Shown here one piece after another: positions 18,408-27,511 of a stretch of 64,000 nucleotides of DNA (its first letter is position 1; each line of letters opens with the position of its first letter). The stretch is taken from assembly GCA_963753395.1 (NCBI GenBank), contig CAVWBW010000013.1, forward strand, positions 584,686 through 648,685, read 5' to 3'. The stretch comes from an uncultured delta proteobacterium (GTDB lineage: Bacteria; Myxococcota_A; Polyangia; Polyangiales; Houyiibacteriaceae). The notes beneath the pieces were generated by a model. The model saw only the letters and a program-made list of their open reading frames with translations. It searched no databases and was not told the origin of the DNA. The position numbers were made by a program, and so were the translations under genes.

Positions 18408-20117
18408 ATGACAGACATGTCGCGACTTCTCCTTGCCCTCGCCTTAGGGTCGGTCCTCTCCGTGGTCCTCTCATTTGCCTCCCTCCCCGCGCACGCCTGT
18501 GGCGGGCTTTTTTGTTCCGCGGCGGCACCGGTCAACCAAGCCGCCGAACGGATCATCTTCTCCAAGAACGTCGACGGGACGGTCACTGCGGTGGTCCAGA
18601 TTCAGTACGACGGGCCGTCCGAGGAGTTTGCCTGGGTGCTGCCCGTCCCGGGCGTCCCCGAGGTCGAGGTGTCGTCTGACCTCGCGTTCACCCGCCTCCA
18701 GCTCGCGAGCAACCCTCAGTACAACCTGAGCACCCAAGTCGAGGGTCGCTGCCACGAGCGGGGCATCCTCAACGCGAGCGGCTCGCGAGACGCCGGAGTT
18801 CCGTCCGGCGCGGGCGGAGCGGGCGGAGCGGGCGGCCGCTCGGTCACCATCCTCGCGGAGGGCAACGTCGGTCCCTACGACTACGTCGTCATTCTACCCG
18901 AGTCCTCCTTCGATGAGATCGGAGACGTGGCGGTCGAGTGGTTGCTCGAGGAAGGCTACGACGTCGTACCGCCGGGCGGCGACCCCGCGACCGTCTCGGC
19001 CATGCTGGGCTCCTATCTCGAAGGGGGCATGAACCTCATCGCTTTTCGACTGACCAAGGGCAACGACGAAGGCACGATTCGGCCGATCCGCATCACCTAC
19101 GAAACCGATCAGCCCATGATCCCGATTCGCCCGACTGCGGTAGCGGCCAACGACGACATGGGTGTGATGGTCTGGGTGCTCGGCCAGAGCAGAGCTATTC
19201 CAGTCAACTACCGTTCGCTCCACCTCAACGAGGCCTTGATCGATTGGCTGACCTTCGGGAGCAACTACAACGCGGTCGTGATCGAAGCCGCAAACCAAGC
19301 CGGCGGGCAGGGATTCGTGACCGAACGGGCGGGTCCGAGCAGCGACTACGAAGACGTCATCGTCCGCGAGTGGGAACGGCGAGATTGGGATCGGCTCTTG
19401 CTCGACGCTCCGGCGTTGACGCCGGAAGAGGTCGCGATCCGAAGCCTTCAGTTCTCGGCTTGGGATGGCTATCAAGAAGTCCTCGAGGACTTCCTCGCAC
19501 CTGGTGAGGTGCAAGCACTGCTCGAGTGCCCTGGCTGCGGCCAGCCGCTGAGCCCGTTCGGCACGACCGCATTCCTCGACGCGCTCGAGACCGACGTCAT
19601 CGAGCCCATGTTCGACACGGAGGAGCTCGTCGCCTCGTTGCCGTACACGACGCGCTTCTACACGACTTTGTCGGCGCCCGAGATGGACCTCGATCCACTG
19701 TTCGACTTCAACCCCGATCTCGAGGCGGTGGCGAACGTGCACAGCGCGACTCGCTACATCGAATGCAGCCCCGCGATCCCAATCAGCGCAGCCCCGTCGC
19801 GAGTCGAGCTCGAAGACGGACGGGTGGTGCGGTTGAAGGCGGGCGAGCCTTGGCCGTTCGATGTCGGCGCGGACGACGCCCCTCCGGCAAACGCGATGGT
19901 GGCCCAGCTTTCGACGAAGGGCCCGGGCACAATCATCACGGACAACAGCGCAGCGATCGACGAAGCGCTCAACCGACTCAACGACCAGGTGCCCGCGCCG
20001 CCGAGCCCGAGCAGCGGCGGTTGCGCAATCGGCCCCGCTCCGGACTCGACCGCATGGCTGCTGACAGCGCTCCTGGGTCTCCTCGCCTGGCGCCGGCGGA
20101 GCCGCCCAAGTCCCTGA
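18408..20117 (+). CDS. DUF2330-like secreted protein with a MYXO-CTERM-like C-terminal sorting tail
   Basis: Signal peptide, then ACGGLFCS...ERIIFSKNVDGTVTAVVQIQYDG..EFAWVLPVPG (DUF2330 pattern). The C-terminus is GGCAIGP...WLLTALLGLLAWRRRSRPS, i.e. Cys, hydrophobic helix, Arg cluster. Confidence 0.65.
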   Translation: MTDMSRLLLALALGSVLSVVLSFASLPAHACGGLFCSAAAPVNQAAERIIFSKNVDGTVTAVVQIQYDGPSEEFAWVLPVPGVPEVEVSSDLAFTRLQLASNPQYNLSTQVEGRCHERGILNASGSRDAGVPSGAGGAGGAGGRSVTILAEGNVGPYDYVVILPESSFDEIGDVAVEWLLEEGYDVVPPGGDPATVSAMLGSYLEGGMNLIAFRLTKGNDEGTIRPIRITYETDQPMIPIRPTAVAANDDMGVMVWVLGQSRAIPVNYRSLHLNEALIDWLTFGSNYNAVVIEAANQAGGQGFVTERAGPSSDYEDVIVREWERRDWDRLLLDAPALTPEEVAIRSLQFSAWDGYQEVLEDFLAPGEVQALLECPGCGQPLSPFGTTAFLDALETDVIEPMFDTEELVASLPYTTRFYTTLSAPEMDLDPLFDFNPDLEAVANVHSATRYIECSPAIPISAAPSRVELEDGRVVRLKAGEPWPFDVGADDAPPANAMVAQLSTKGPGTIITDNSAAIDEALNRLNDQVPAPPSPSSGGCAIGPAPDSTAWLLTALLGLLAWRRRSRPSP

Positions 20118-20123
20118 GAGCAA

Positions 20124-20155
20124 AGCCCCCGCGGAGCCATTCAGGCGGCGGGGGC
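20124..20155. terminator. GC-rich hairpin between the convergent DUF2330 gene and tRNA-Phe (probable tRNA terminator)
   Basis: AGCCCCCGC (20124-20132) pairs with GCGGGGGCT (20147-20155), giving a 9-bp stem and a 14-nt loop. Read on the minus strand, the hairpin is followed by TTTG. Confidence 0.45.
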
Positions 20156-20159
20156 TGGG

Positions 20160-20232
20160 TGCCCAGACCTGGAATCGAACCAGGGACACGAGGATTTTCA
20201 GTCCACTGCTCTACCAACTGAGCTATCTGGGC
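20160..20232 (-). tRNA. tRNA-Phe (anticodon GAA)
   Basis: The reverse complement reads GCCCAGA-TA-GCTC-AGTTGGTA-GAGC-A-GTGGA-CTGAAAA-TCCTC-GTGTC-CCTGG-TTCGATT-CCAGG-TCTGGGC-A. The cloverleaf parallels E. coli tRNA-Phe. There is one U:U mismatch in the anticodon stem. The 3' flank reads CCCA, so CCA is not exactly encoded. Confidence 0.9.
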
Positions 20233-20249
20233 CCGGAAAACAGGCGCGG

Positions 20250-20277
20250 AGCCTAGCCGCCGAAAGGGGGCTGTCAA
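20250..20277 (-). promoter_or_regulatory. Candidate promoter for tRNA-Phe
   Basis: On the minus strand: TTGACA (20277-20272), a 16-nt spacer gcccccTTTCGgcggc, then TAGGCT (20255-20250). It ends about 18 nt upstream of the mature tRNA 5' end. Confidence 0.35.
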
Positions 20278-20346
20278 GCATCTGAGAAAACTTGCGTTCC
20301 TGTAGGCCTTCAGGATTACAATGTTTCGTGGATGGTGTAACTCGGG

Positions 20347-21747
20347 ATGGGCAGTCCAGTGGATGACCGTGGCGTCGACGCGTTTCGCGAGCTCTTGCGA
20401 GCAGGTGGCAAGGGCCCCGGAGCGAAGACCGAAGCCCTCGAAGCGCTGTCGCTCCGGCCGGTCTGGCTCGCCACGTGGGAGCCGACGGCAGAGGGATACC
20501 GGACGCTGATCAACACCAACGGCGAGGAAGCCTTGGCGGTGTTCAGCTCTGAGCACGGGCTCAAGTCCGCGGCGGCGCAGTTTGATTGGCTGGACGCGGA
20601 CGGAGCCGTTGCAACGCATCGCGCGATCGGCGGTGACATCCTTCGTCATGCATGGACGCGCGAGTACGCGTTCGTGGTGATCGACATCGGCGCGCCACAT
20701 TCGCTCGAGTACGAGCGTGGCGAGCTGAAGGCGATCCTCCGGGAGCTCGACAGCACGGGACCGTTTCGCACATCGCGGCCGCCGCCGCCGAAGCAGACTG
20801 CATCGAGCTCCTTCCCGCCGCCCAAAGACGAACCGATCGAACACATCTCGACGATGTACAGCATGTCGCCGAGCCAGTCCGAGAAGCTCGATCGCTTGAG
20901 CGACCTCCCGACGAAGCCGCACGAGATCCCCTACGACAGCGAACCGCCCACGCAGCCGCGCGCGGCGCTGCCGGAACGGGAGCCGCCCGCGCGCCCGCAC
21001 AAGAGCTCGCGCCCTGCACACAAGCCGCAGAGTGAGCCCCCCGGTGCGAAGATCGAGGAGGTGAGCGCGACCTCATCGGCGGTCGGAGACGGCGGGACCT
21101 ACGGCGCCGCGAGCATCATCCCGCCCTCGGAGGATAGGCCGAAGTCGCAGCCACCTCCGGCAGACAGCGCCGCCGAGGAACTAGAGTCCGTTCCCCCGAT
21201 GTCGTCGTCGGCGCCCAAGCTCAACTCGGATGCGCCGACCGCGCCGGCGGCCCAGCCGCTACCGACCTTGCAGCCCGCGAAGCTGAAGCTGCCCGCAGTC
21301 GGTCCGATCAGTGCTGGCGGCGTCGAGCCGAAGCCGCCTAGCGAGGTTCCAAAGGAGCCGGAACCCGAGACGGAAACGCCGCCCGCGAAACCCGCGCCTC
21401 GCGTGGTCGCGCCCTCGATCGGGGACGGAATCAAGCTTGTGGAGCTTCATGACCCGCCCGACGATCAACTTCTCGCGACCCTCATGGGCGTGCTGCGGGG
21501 GTACTTCGAGATCGAATGGGCGTCGTACTGCCATGTGGGTCGGCCGGCAGGCGGGCCAAGCCCGGCTATTGGACTCCGCATCGACGACAACTATCGAGAC
21601 AACGTGACCGCCATCATCAAGGACCTCTGCGAGGCCGCCCGAAAGCACGAGGTCGAGATCGACGTGTTGCTCATCGATGGACACGACCTTCTGCGCAAGT
21701 CGCGCGAAAGAGCGTTCGTGTTCTACCCGTGGAAGCCGAAGGGCTAG
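20347..21747 (+). CDS. Hypothetical protein with SseB-like N- and C-terminal domains joined by a long Pro-rich linker
   Basis: 466 aa. The N-terminus (EALAVFSSEHGLKSAA...FVVIDIGAP) and C-terminus (LRGYFEIEWASYCHVGRP...GLRIDD) resemble the SseB family. The middle roughly 200 aa is P/S/E/A-rich low complexity. Confidence 0.4.
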   Translation: MGSPVDDRGVDAFRELLRAGGKGPGAKTEALEALSLRPVWLATWEPTAEGYRTLINTNGEEALAVFSSEHGLKSAAAQFDWLDADGAVATHRAIGGDILRHAWTREYAFVVIDIGAPHSLEYERGELKAILRELDSTGPFRTSRPPPPKQTASSSFPPPKDEPIEHISTMYSMSPSQSEKLDRLSDLPTKPHEIPYDSEPPTQPRAALPEREPPARPHKSSRPAHKPQSEPPGAKIEEVSATSSAVGDGGTYGAASIIPPSEDRPKSQPPPADSAAEELESVPPMSSSAPKLNSDAPTAPAAQPLPTLQPAKLKLPAVGPISAGGVEPKPPSEVPKEPEPETETPPAKPAPRVVAPSIGDGIKLVELHDPPDDQLLATLMGVLRGYFEIEWASYCHVGRPAGGPSPAIGLRIDDNYRDNVTAIIKDLCEAARKHEVEIDVLLIDGHDLLRKSRERAFVFYPWKPKG

Positions 21748-21782
21748 CGCTCGGTAGGACGCGGCCATGCTAAGACACGGGC

Positions 21783-23096
21783 GTGAAGTCCGGAGACGCG
21801 CTTCCCGCCGTTCAGCATCCAATCCCCGCAGCCGCAGGCCGCGCTTGGGTAGAGCGTCTCGCTGCGAGTGAGTGCCCTGCCCTGACGACGCGTCGCAAGC
21901 GTCGCCAAGAGCAAACCGGCGCCAGCCACGACCCAATCGTATGGGTCGAAGCATTGGGCTCGAACGTAATCGATGCGGACGGCAATCGGTACGTGGACCT
22001 CACCTCAGGATTCGGGGTGGCGCTGATCGGGCATCGTCATCCGGACGTCGTTGCGGCGGTCAAACGCCAAGCGGACCGGCTGCTCCACGCGCTCGGCGAT
22101 CTGCACCCCTCGGATGTCAAGATCGAGCTTCTCGATCGCTTGTGTGCGCTGGCCCCTTGGGACGACGCGCGAGCGATGCTTTCGCTCGGCGGAGCGGACG
22201 CTGTCACGGCGGCGTTGAAGACCGCTGTCTTGGCGACCGGGAAGAGCGGCGTCGTGGCATTCGAAGGCAGCTACCATGGACTCACGTACGGACCGCTCGC
22301 GGTGTCTGGGTACGCCGAGCGTTTTCGCGCGCCGTTTGCCGCACAGCTTCAACGCGACGTCCACTTCGCACAGTGGCCGACGGCAAGAAGCGAGGTCGAC
22401 ACCGCGCTCGGCGCCCTGCCGGACGACTGGAGCTCGATCGGGGCGGTCATCGTCGAGCCGATCCAGGGGCGCGGAGGTGTCCGAATGCCGCCACGCGGAT
22501 TCCTTCAGGGGCTCGAACGGCTCTGCCGCGAACACGGCGCGCTCCTGATCGCGGATGAGATCTTCACCGGCCTCGGTCGTTGCGGCGCGTGGTGGCGCTC
22601 GGTCGAAGATGGAGCGACGCCCGATCTGATCTGTATCGGCAAGGCGCTTGGTGGCGGCCTCCCCATCAGCGCGTGCATCGGCAAACACGAGGTGATGCAA
22701 GCGTGGGGTGACCCCGATCAGGAGGCGATCCACACGGGGACCTTCTACGGCGATCCGCTCGGTTCCGCGGCTGCGCTCGCCACGCTTGACGTGATCGAGG
22801 GTCATGGCTGGATCGAAGCGGCTTCCATCGTGGGCGCGGGGCTGGCGGATACGCTCCGTAGCGCGAATCTGCCGGGCATAGGGGAAGTTCGGCAAGCGGG
22901 GATGATGCTCGGACTGCAACTCGGCCGTCCACACCAAGCCCTGAAGCTCACCCGCGCGCTGCTCGAACGCGGGTACCTCGTCTTACCGGCCGGGGCTCAA
23001 GCAGACGTGCTCCAGCTCGCGCCCGCAGTCACGACTAGCGACGCCCAGATCGAAGGTTTCCAAGCGGCGCTTCGAGAAGCTCTGGAGGCGTCATGA
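21783..23096 (+). CDS. Class III PLP-dependent aminotransferase
   Basis: 437 aa with a GTG start. Contains DADGNRYVDLTSGFGVALIGHRHP, EGSYHG, IVEPIQGRGGV, LIADEIFTGLGRCG and the GKALGGG lysine block. Confidence 0.85.
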   Translation: MKSGDALPAVQHPIPAAAGRAWVERLAASECPALTTRRKRRQEQTGASHDPIVWVEALGSNVIDADGNRYVDLTSGFGVALIGHRHPDVVAAVKRQADRLLHALGDLHPSDVKIELLDRLCALAPWDDARAMLSLGGADAVTAALKTAVLATGKSGVVAFEGSYHGLTYGPLAVSGYAERFRAPFAAQLQRDVHFAQWPTARSEVDTALGALPDDWSSIGAVIVEPIQGRGGVRMPPRGFLQGLERLCREHGALLIADEIFTGLGRCGAWWRSVEDGATPDLICIGKALGGGLPISACIGKHEVMQAWGDPDQEAIHTGTFYGDPLGSAAALATLDVIEGHGWIEAASIVGAGLADTLRSANLPGIGEVRQAGMMLGLQLGRPHQALKLTRALLERGYLVLPAGAQADVLQLAPAVTTSDAQIEGFQAALREALEAS

Positions 23097-24157
23097 GCGA
23101 GAGAGCGGCCCTCGCGGCCCGCATCGAAGCGATGATCGCCGCGTTCGGGCGTGGCGAGCTCATCGAAGTGAGCGCTCGCGACGCCCTCATCGACGACCTC
23201 GCGACCTGGCAGGCCTCTCAGGTTGAGGAGTACGGACGATTGGAGCGTCGCGGCGAGTGGCCCCCAGCACTGCCCACCGATGTCTTTCGGTTTCGACGAA
23301 TCGCGTCGCATCCCGAGGAGCATGACATTCGGGTGTTTCGGAGCTCGGGAACGACGTCGACGGACCGCAGCGTGCACGTGTATTCGGACTTGTCTCTCTA
23401 TGACCTCGCTGCGCGCGTCGCTGCGCGTCAGATGCTCTTTCCGGACATCGACGCGATGCGACTGGTGATTCTCGCCCCGCGCGAGGAGGACGCTCCGGAC
23501 TCGTCACTCGACTACATGCTCGCGCGCTTTTCCGAATGGTTCGGCTCGACCTCGACTTGGGTCTGGCGCGATGGCGCGCTCGATCTAGACGCGATGACTG
23601 ACGCCCTTCGACAAGCCGAGGACGCCGCCGAGCCCGTCGCCCTCCTTGGCACCTCGTTCGCGTTCGTTCACGCCGAGGACGATCTCGGGGAACGTCGGTT
23701 CAAACTTCCGCCGCGAAGCCGCGTGATGCAGACCGGCGGATACAAGGGGCGGTCGCGCGAGGTCGACGCGGACCTGCTGCTCTCTTCGATCAGTGCGCGC
23801 TACGGAGTTCCAACCGCGTTCATTGTCAACGAGTTCGGGGCCACAGAGCTCAGCTCGCAGATGTACGAAACGACGCTGCAGGAGACGATCTCGGGACTCG
23901 CGGGGCCCCGGCGCCTGTGGGCCCCTCCTTGGGTGCGCGCGACCCCCGTGGACCCCGATTCCCTTCAGCCGGTCGAAGGCGACGCGGTCGGTCTCTTGCG
24001 AATCGACGATTGCGCGAATCTCGATTCGGTGTGTTGTATTCAGACAGCTGACCTCGCTCGGCGCCTCGACGGGGGGATGGTGGTTCTCGGCCGGGCGAGA
24101 GGAGCCACGCCCCGGGGATGCTCGCTGGCGGCCGACCAAGCGTTGGGGAACGCATGA
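23093..24157 (+). CDS. LuxE-like acyl-protein synthetase / acyl-adenylate-forming enzyme
   Basis: 354 aa. Contains FRSSGTTS, QTGGYKGRSRE, NEFGATELSSQMY and a C-terminal VLGRARGATPRGCSL, matching the LuxE (PF04443)-type pattern as I remember it. Its start overlaps the aminotransferase stop (ATGA). Confidence 0.6.
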   Translation: MSERAALAARIEAMIAAFGRGELIEVSARDALIDDLATWQASQVEEYGRLERRGEWPPALPTDVFRFRRIASHPEEHDIRVFRSSGTTSTDRSVHVYSDLSLYDLAARVAARQMLFPDIDAMRLVILAPREEDAPDSSLDYMLARFSEWFGSTSTWVWRDGALDLDAMTDALRQAEDAAEPVALLGTSFAFVHAEDDLGERRFKLPPRSRVMQTGGYKGRSREVDADLLLSSISARYGVPTAFIVNEFGATELSSQMYETTLQETISGLAGPRRLWAPPWVRATPVDPDSLQPVEGDAVGLLRIDDCANLDSVCCIQTADLARRLDGGMVVLGRARGATPRGCSLAADQALGNA

Positions 24158-25305
24158 GCGTCGAAGCGCTCCGAGCCACCTCGACAGAGCGGCGCGTCAC
24201 GTGGTTGGCTCGGGCAGCGGAGCTACTGCTTCGCGAAAGCGGTGAGGCGCGCGAGGCGCTCGCGCAGTCCACTGGATTGAGCGCCCCAATGGTCGACTGG
24301 GGCGCGCGCACGACACTCAGCACCGTCGAGCCCAACGCCCTTCGGGCGCTCGTGGAAGCGGCGCGCGTGGCCGACGGCGAGCCTCTTTCCATGTTGTCGA
24401 TGGTACTCGCAGGAAACCTATTCACCGCAACGGTGCGTGCGGTGGTCGTCCCGTTGCTCCTTGGAATTCCCGTGGTGGTTAAAGCGTCCACGCGCGAGAC
24501 TCTGTTCCCGGTCTTGTTGCAGGACGCGCTTCGACGCGCCGACCCGGAGCTCGGCAAGGCCATGCGCCTACTCACTTTCACCCGGGGAGACGTGGAGCGC
24601 GAGACCGCACTGGTTGAGGGCGCCGAGGCGACGGCCGTGTACGGAGCGAACGCCACCATCGACGCAATCGCGCACCGCCACCCGAACGCCCGCCTCATCC
24701 CGCACGGACACGGCGTGAGCGCTGCATACTGTGGCCCGGAAGCGTTGAGCCGGGAGCGCATTTCGGAAACCATCGCGAACCTCGCCTTGGACATCTGCGC
24801 GTATGACCAACGAGGATGCCTCTCGCCTCAGATCATCTACGTCGCCGCCGATTCGGGGCCCTTGCTCTCGGCATTTGCAGAACGGCTGGCTGCGGAAGGG
24901 CTCCAGCCGCTCTCACGAAGGCTTCCTCGCGGCCCTCTTCCACTCGAAGTGGGGGCATCGCAGGCGCAATGGCGCGGCATCGCGGAAGTGGAAGGCTCGC
25001 TCGTCGCGGGCGACACGTACGGCATCGCGATCCGTCCCCCGCAACCGGTTCGATGGAGCCCCGGTTACCGCAACGTGAGCGTTTCTCCGGTGCGCGGCGT
25101 CGCCGAGGCGCTTCGAGCGATGGAACACTTCGGCTCAGGTCTCAAATGTGTCGGCGCGGACCCAATGTCCTCCGCCGACCTTCAAGCCGAGGTCGATCGA
25201 AGCGACACCTTGGGCGCCTACGTGTGCTCACTCGGCACGATGCAAACACCAGCTCTCGATGCCCCTGCCGATGGCAACCCCGTCTGGCACGGCCTTTTGC
25301 ACTAG
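24154..25305 (+). CDS. LuxC-like acyl-CoA/acyl-protein reductase (aldehyde-dehydrogenase fold)
   Basis: 383 aa from MSVEALRA. Contains VLAGNLFTATVRAVVVPLLLGIPVVVKAS and a candidate catalytic Cys in YDQRGCLSPQ. Its ATG overlaps the LuxE-like stop (ATGA at 24154-24157). Confidence 0.55.
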   Translation: MSVEALRATSTERRVTWLARAAELLLRESGEAREALAQSTGLSAPMVDWGARTTLSTVEPNALRALVEAARVADGEPLSMLSMVLAGNLFTATVRAVVVPLLLGIPVVVKASTRETLFPVLLQDALRRADPELGKAMRLLTFTRGDVERETALVEGAEATAVYGANATIDAIAHRHPNARLIPHGHGVSAAYCGPEALSRERISETIANLALDICAYDQRGCLSPQIIYVAADSGPLLSAFAERLAAEGLQPLSRRLPRGPLPLEVGASQAQWRGIAEVEGSLVAGDTYGIAIRPPQPVRWSPGYRNVSVSPVRGVAEALRAMEHFGSGLKCVGADPMSSADLQAEVDRSDTLGAYVCSLGTMQTPALDAPADGNPVWHGLLH

Positions 25306-26039
25306 ACGCCGATGAAGAGACGCTGACCAAAGTTGCGTTCAAGCTTGGCATTGAAGATCTTCGACGCGGCGCTCTCTATGTCGTACTCGATGCGCTTGAA
25401 CTCGAACGACCGAGTATCGCTATCGTAGACCGTGAAGCTGGCGCGGTTGTCGTAGTCGCGAGGCTGGCCGACCGATCCCACGCTCACGATGTACTTGGTG
25501 CCGTCCTCGAGCACGAAGTCTTCCGCCGGAAACTCTTCGACCTCGCCGGGGCGGAGGCCGAACACCTTGCAAAGGTGTGAATGGCCGATCAGCGTGATGT
25601 GGCCGAGGTCGTCGAGGATCGGCAGGCACTCGGCGGCCTGGTCCGGCGCAAAGATGTATTCGAATTCCTCGAGTCGGAGCGGAGACCCGTGGCACAGGTC
25701 GACCCCTATCGACTCCAATCGGTGCTTGTAGGGAAGCTGCTTGAGCCACGCCATGTTCTCGGCAGTGAGCTCACGCGCGTGAAGGTCGAGGGCATCGCGA
25801 GCCGCCTCGTAGTAGTACGAATAGTCCATACGCCCGGCGACGGCCGCGTCATGGTTGCCGAGGATGGTCACTTCAGCGACGTCGCGCACGATATCCGCGC
25901 ACTCGTTCGGGCTACCGCCGTACCCGACGACGTCGCCGAGACAGTAGAAGACATCGATATCTTCCCGAGAGAACGCGTCCATCACCGCGGACATGGCCTC
26001 CAGATTGGCGTGAACGTCGCTGAATATGCCGAGCCGCAT
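25302..26039 (-). CDS. Metallophosphoesterase (calcineurin-like phosphodiesterase, YfcE/MJ0936-type)
   Basis: MRLGIFSDVHAN...CLGDVVGYG...LGNHD...GHSH motif series. Confidence 0.85.
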   Translation of the reverse strand: MRLGIFSDVHANLEAMSAVMDAFSREDIDVFYCLGDVVGYGGSPNECADIVRDVAEVTILGNHDAAVAGRMDYSYYYEAARDALDLHARELTAENMAWLKQLPYKHRLESIGVDLCHGSPLRLEEFEYIFAPDQAAECLPILDDLGHITLIGHSHLCKVFGLRPGEVEEFPAEDFVLEDGTKYIVSVGSVGQPRDYDNRASFTVYDSDTRSFEFKRIEYDIESAASKIFNAKLERNFGQRLFIGV

Positions 26040-26054
26040 GATTAGATTCGCCGG

Positions 26055-27494
26055 TTACCCCGAATACTCCATGGTACACGAAACGCCTGGCCCGGTCGAA
26101 GTACCGTGCAACGCCTCGAGCTGTCCGAGAGCGGCTACATTGGCCTGAACCTCCGCCTCGTTCAATCCGTGTTCGGACGCTACGGGCACGATTTCGGCAA
26201 AGCGCTGCCGCAGCGACGCGATCACCGATCGCGAGCTGGGGCCAAAGCCGAAGCGCACCGCCTGAAGCACCAGAGCATCGGACATGGCGAGGCCGAACGC
26301 GAGGGCGTCCACGACGATGCGCCTCCGCGACAGCTCGAAGACAGTCCTCGGGACGCTCCGAAACAGAAGCGCCTCCTCTACGCGGTCCGGCGCACTCCAA
26401 CGTTCGAGGTGGCGCAGGCGGCGGAGGGCTTCCGCGGCGTTTGCCGCGTCGGTTTGTATCACGAAGGGGTGTTCCACGGGGTCGGTCGGAGGCGGCATCG
26501 CACGACATACGTCCGCCGCACGCGCCCAGCACTCCTTCGAAGCCGAGGGCGCGCGATCGGCGCGCTCGAGGATCATCTTCGCGTTCGCGGCGCGGGGCGC
26601 CTCGAGGCAAAACGAGCGTACTAGTCTCCGTTCGCCGTCCAAGACGACCACCGTCGCGCGGAAGTCCCGGCGCAGCAGCTCCAGGATCGGGCCTTCGGAG
26701 GAGCGCGCTGGATTCAAGTACGCCCTACGGACAGCGCCCTGCCGGGCATCGACCAGCGCTAGGATGCACACCGGAAGCTGCTCGACGGTCTTGAGCTGAA
26801 CCAACAAGTCGGTGCTCGACTCCGTGAAGGCGTTCACTTCCTCGTTCTCGAGCGAAACGAACAGCCACAGCGCATCATCGTCGATCAGCGGCGCCAGCTC
26901 GGTCCTAGAGCGTTCCGCGAAGCCGGCCGGGGGAAGCCGGCCCGCGAGGCGCGGATAGCAGCTCGCAACGGAGGTTGGCGCATCGACGGGCTCGAGCTCG
27001 CTCGCGTCGACCTCCATGGCCTCTGCGTCGTCGACGTAGCGCCGGAGCCCGCGGTACCCGTACAAGATCGCGAAATGGCGAACGTAGTCGGGGACGTCGG
27101 CCTCGTGCTCACTCATCAGCCGGTCGAGGAGCCTCGCCCGCTCAGAAAGCTCGCGATTTCGCGCGCCCTCAGGAATGACCAAGGCGAACTGCTGGGCGAC
27201 GGGATCGTGAAAGACATAGGGGACCTCGACGACCTCCCCATCATCGAGGCGGTGCAGCGCGCCCCTTAGGGCCGGCTCTCGGAGCTCCGGGTGCTCGAAG
27301 ACGTTCAGCACACGGAACACCTCTACCTCCAGAGGATCTCGGCCCGGGCGAAAGACGCGAACCTGCTCCGTTCGAGTGCGCCCGGAGGGCCCCGAGTAGG
27401 GCCCATTGGGCTCAGTATCCTGCTGCTCAATCAACGCGGCGTCCGTCTCGTGGACTACCCCATCGATCGGGTGATGGCCAGTTTGGCGAAGCAC
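26055..27494 (-). CDS. Hypothetical protein (no recognised domain)
   Basis: 479-aa ORF with high GC3. The N-terminal stretch VLNVFEHPELREPALRGALHRL...VPYVFHDP is faintly reminiscent of CpXC-domain proteins but lacks the cysteines. GTG start, uncertain. Confidence 0.55.
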   Translation of the reverse strand: MLRQTGHHPIDGVVHETDAALIEQQDTEPNGPYSGPSGRTRTEQVRVFRPGRDPLEVEVFRVLNVFEHPELREPALRGALHRLDDGEVVEVPYVFHDPVAQQFALVIPEGARNRELSERARLLDRLMSEHEADVPDYVRHFAILYGYRGLRRYVDDAEAMEVDASELEPVDAPTSVASCYPRLAGRLPPAGFAERSRTELAPLIDDDALWLFVSLENEEVNAFTESSTDLLVQLKTVEQLPVCILALVDARQGAVRRAYLNPARSSEGPILELLRRDFRATVVVLDGERRLVRSFCLEAPRAANAKMILERADRAPSASKECWARAADVCRAMPPPTDPVEHPFVIQTDAANAAEALRRLRHLERWSAPDRVEEALLFRSVPRTVFELSRRRIVVDALAFGLAMSDALVLQAVRFGFGPSSRSVIASLRQRFAEIVPVASEHGLNEAEVQANVAALGQLEALHGTSTGPGVSCTMEYSG

Positions 27495-27511
27495 GCTATC
27501 GTCCTCCGACG

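Noticed and set aside
20118-20346. tRNA-Phe as an integration site for a genomic island.
   Set aside because: No integrase, transposase or phage genes flank it. By eye I saw no second copy of the tRNA 3' half (CCTGGAATCGAACC) elsewhere in the window.
18894-21021. Minus-strand ORFs of 431 aa and 347 aa.
   Set aside because: They are antisense to the DUF2330 and SseB-like genes and run straight across the tRNA-Phe gene. They are Arg-rich and have no motifs.
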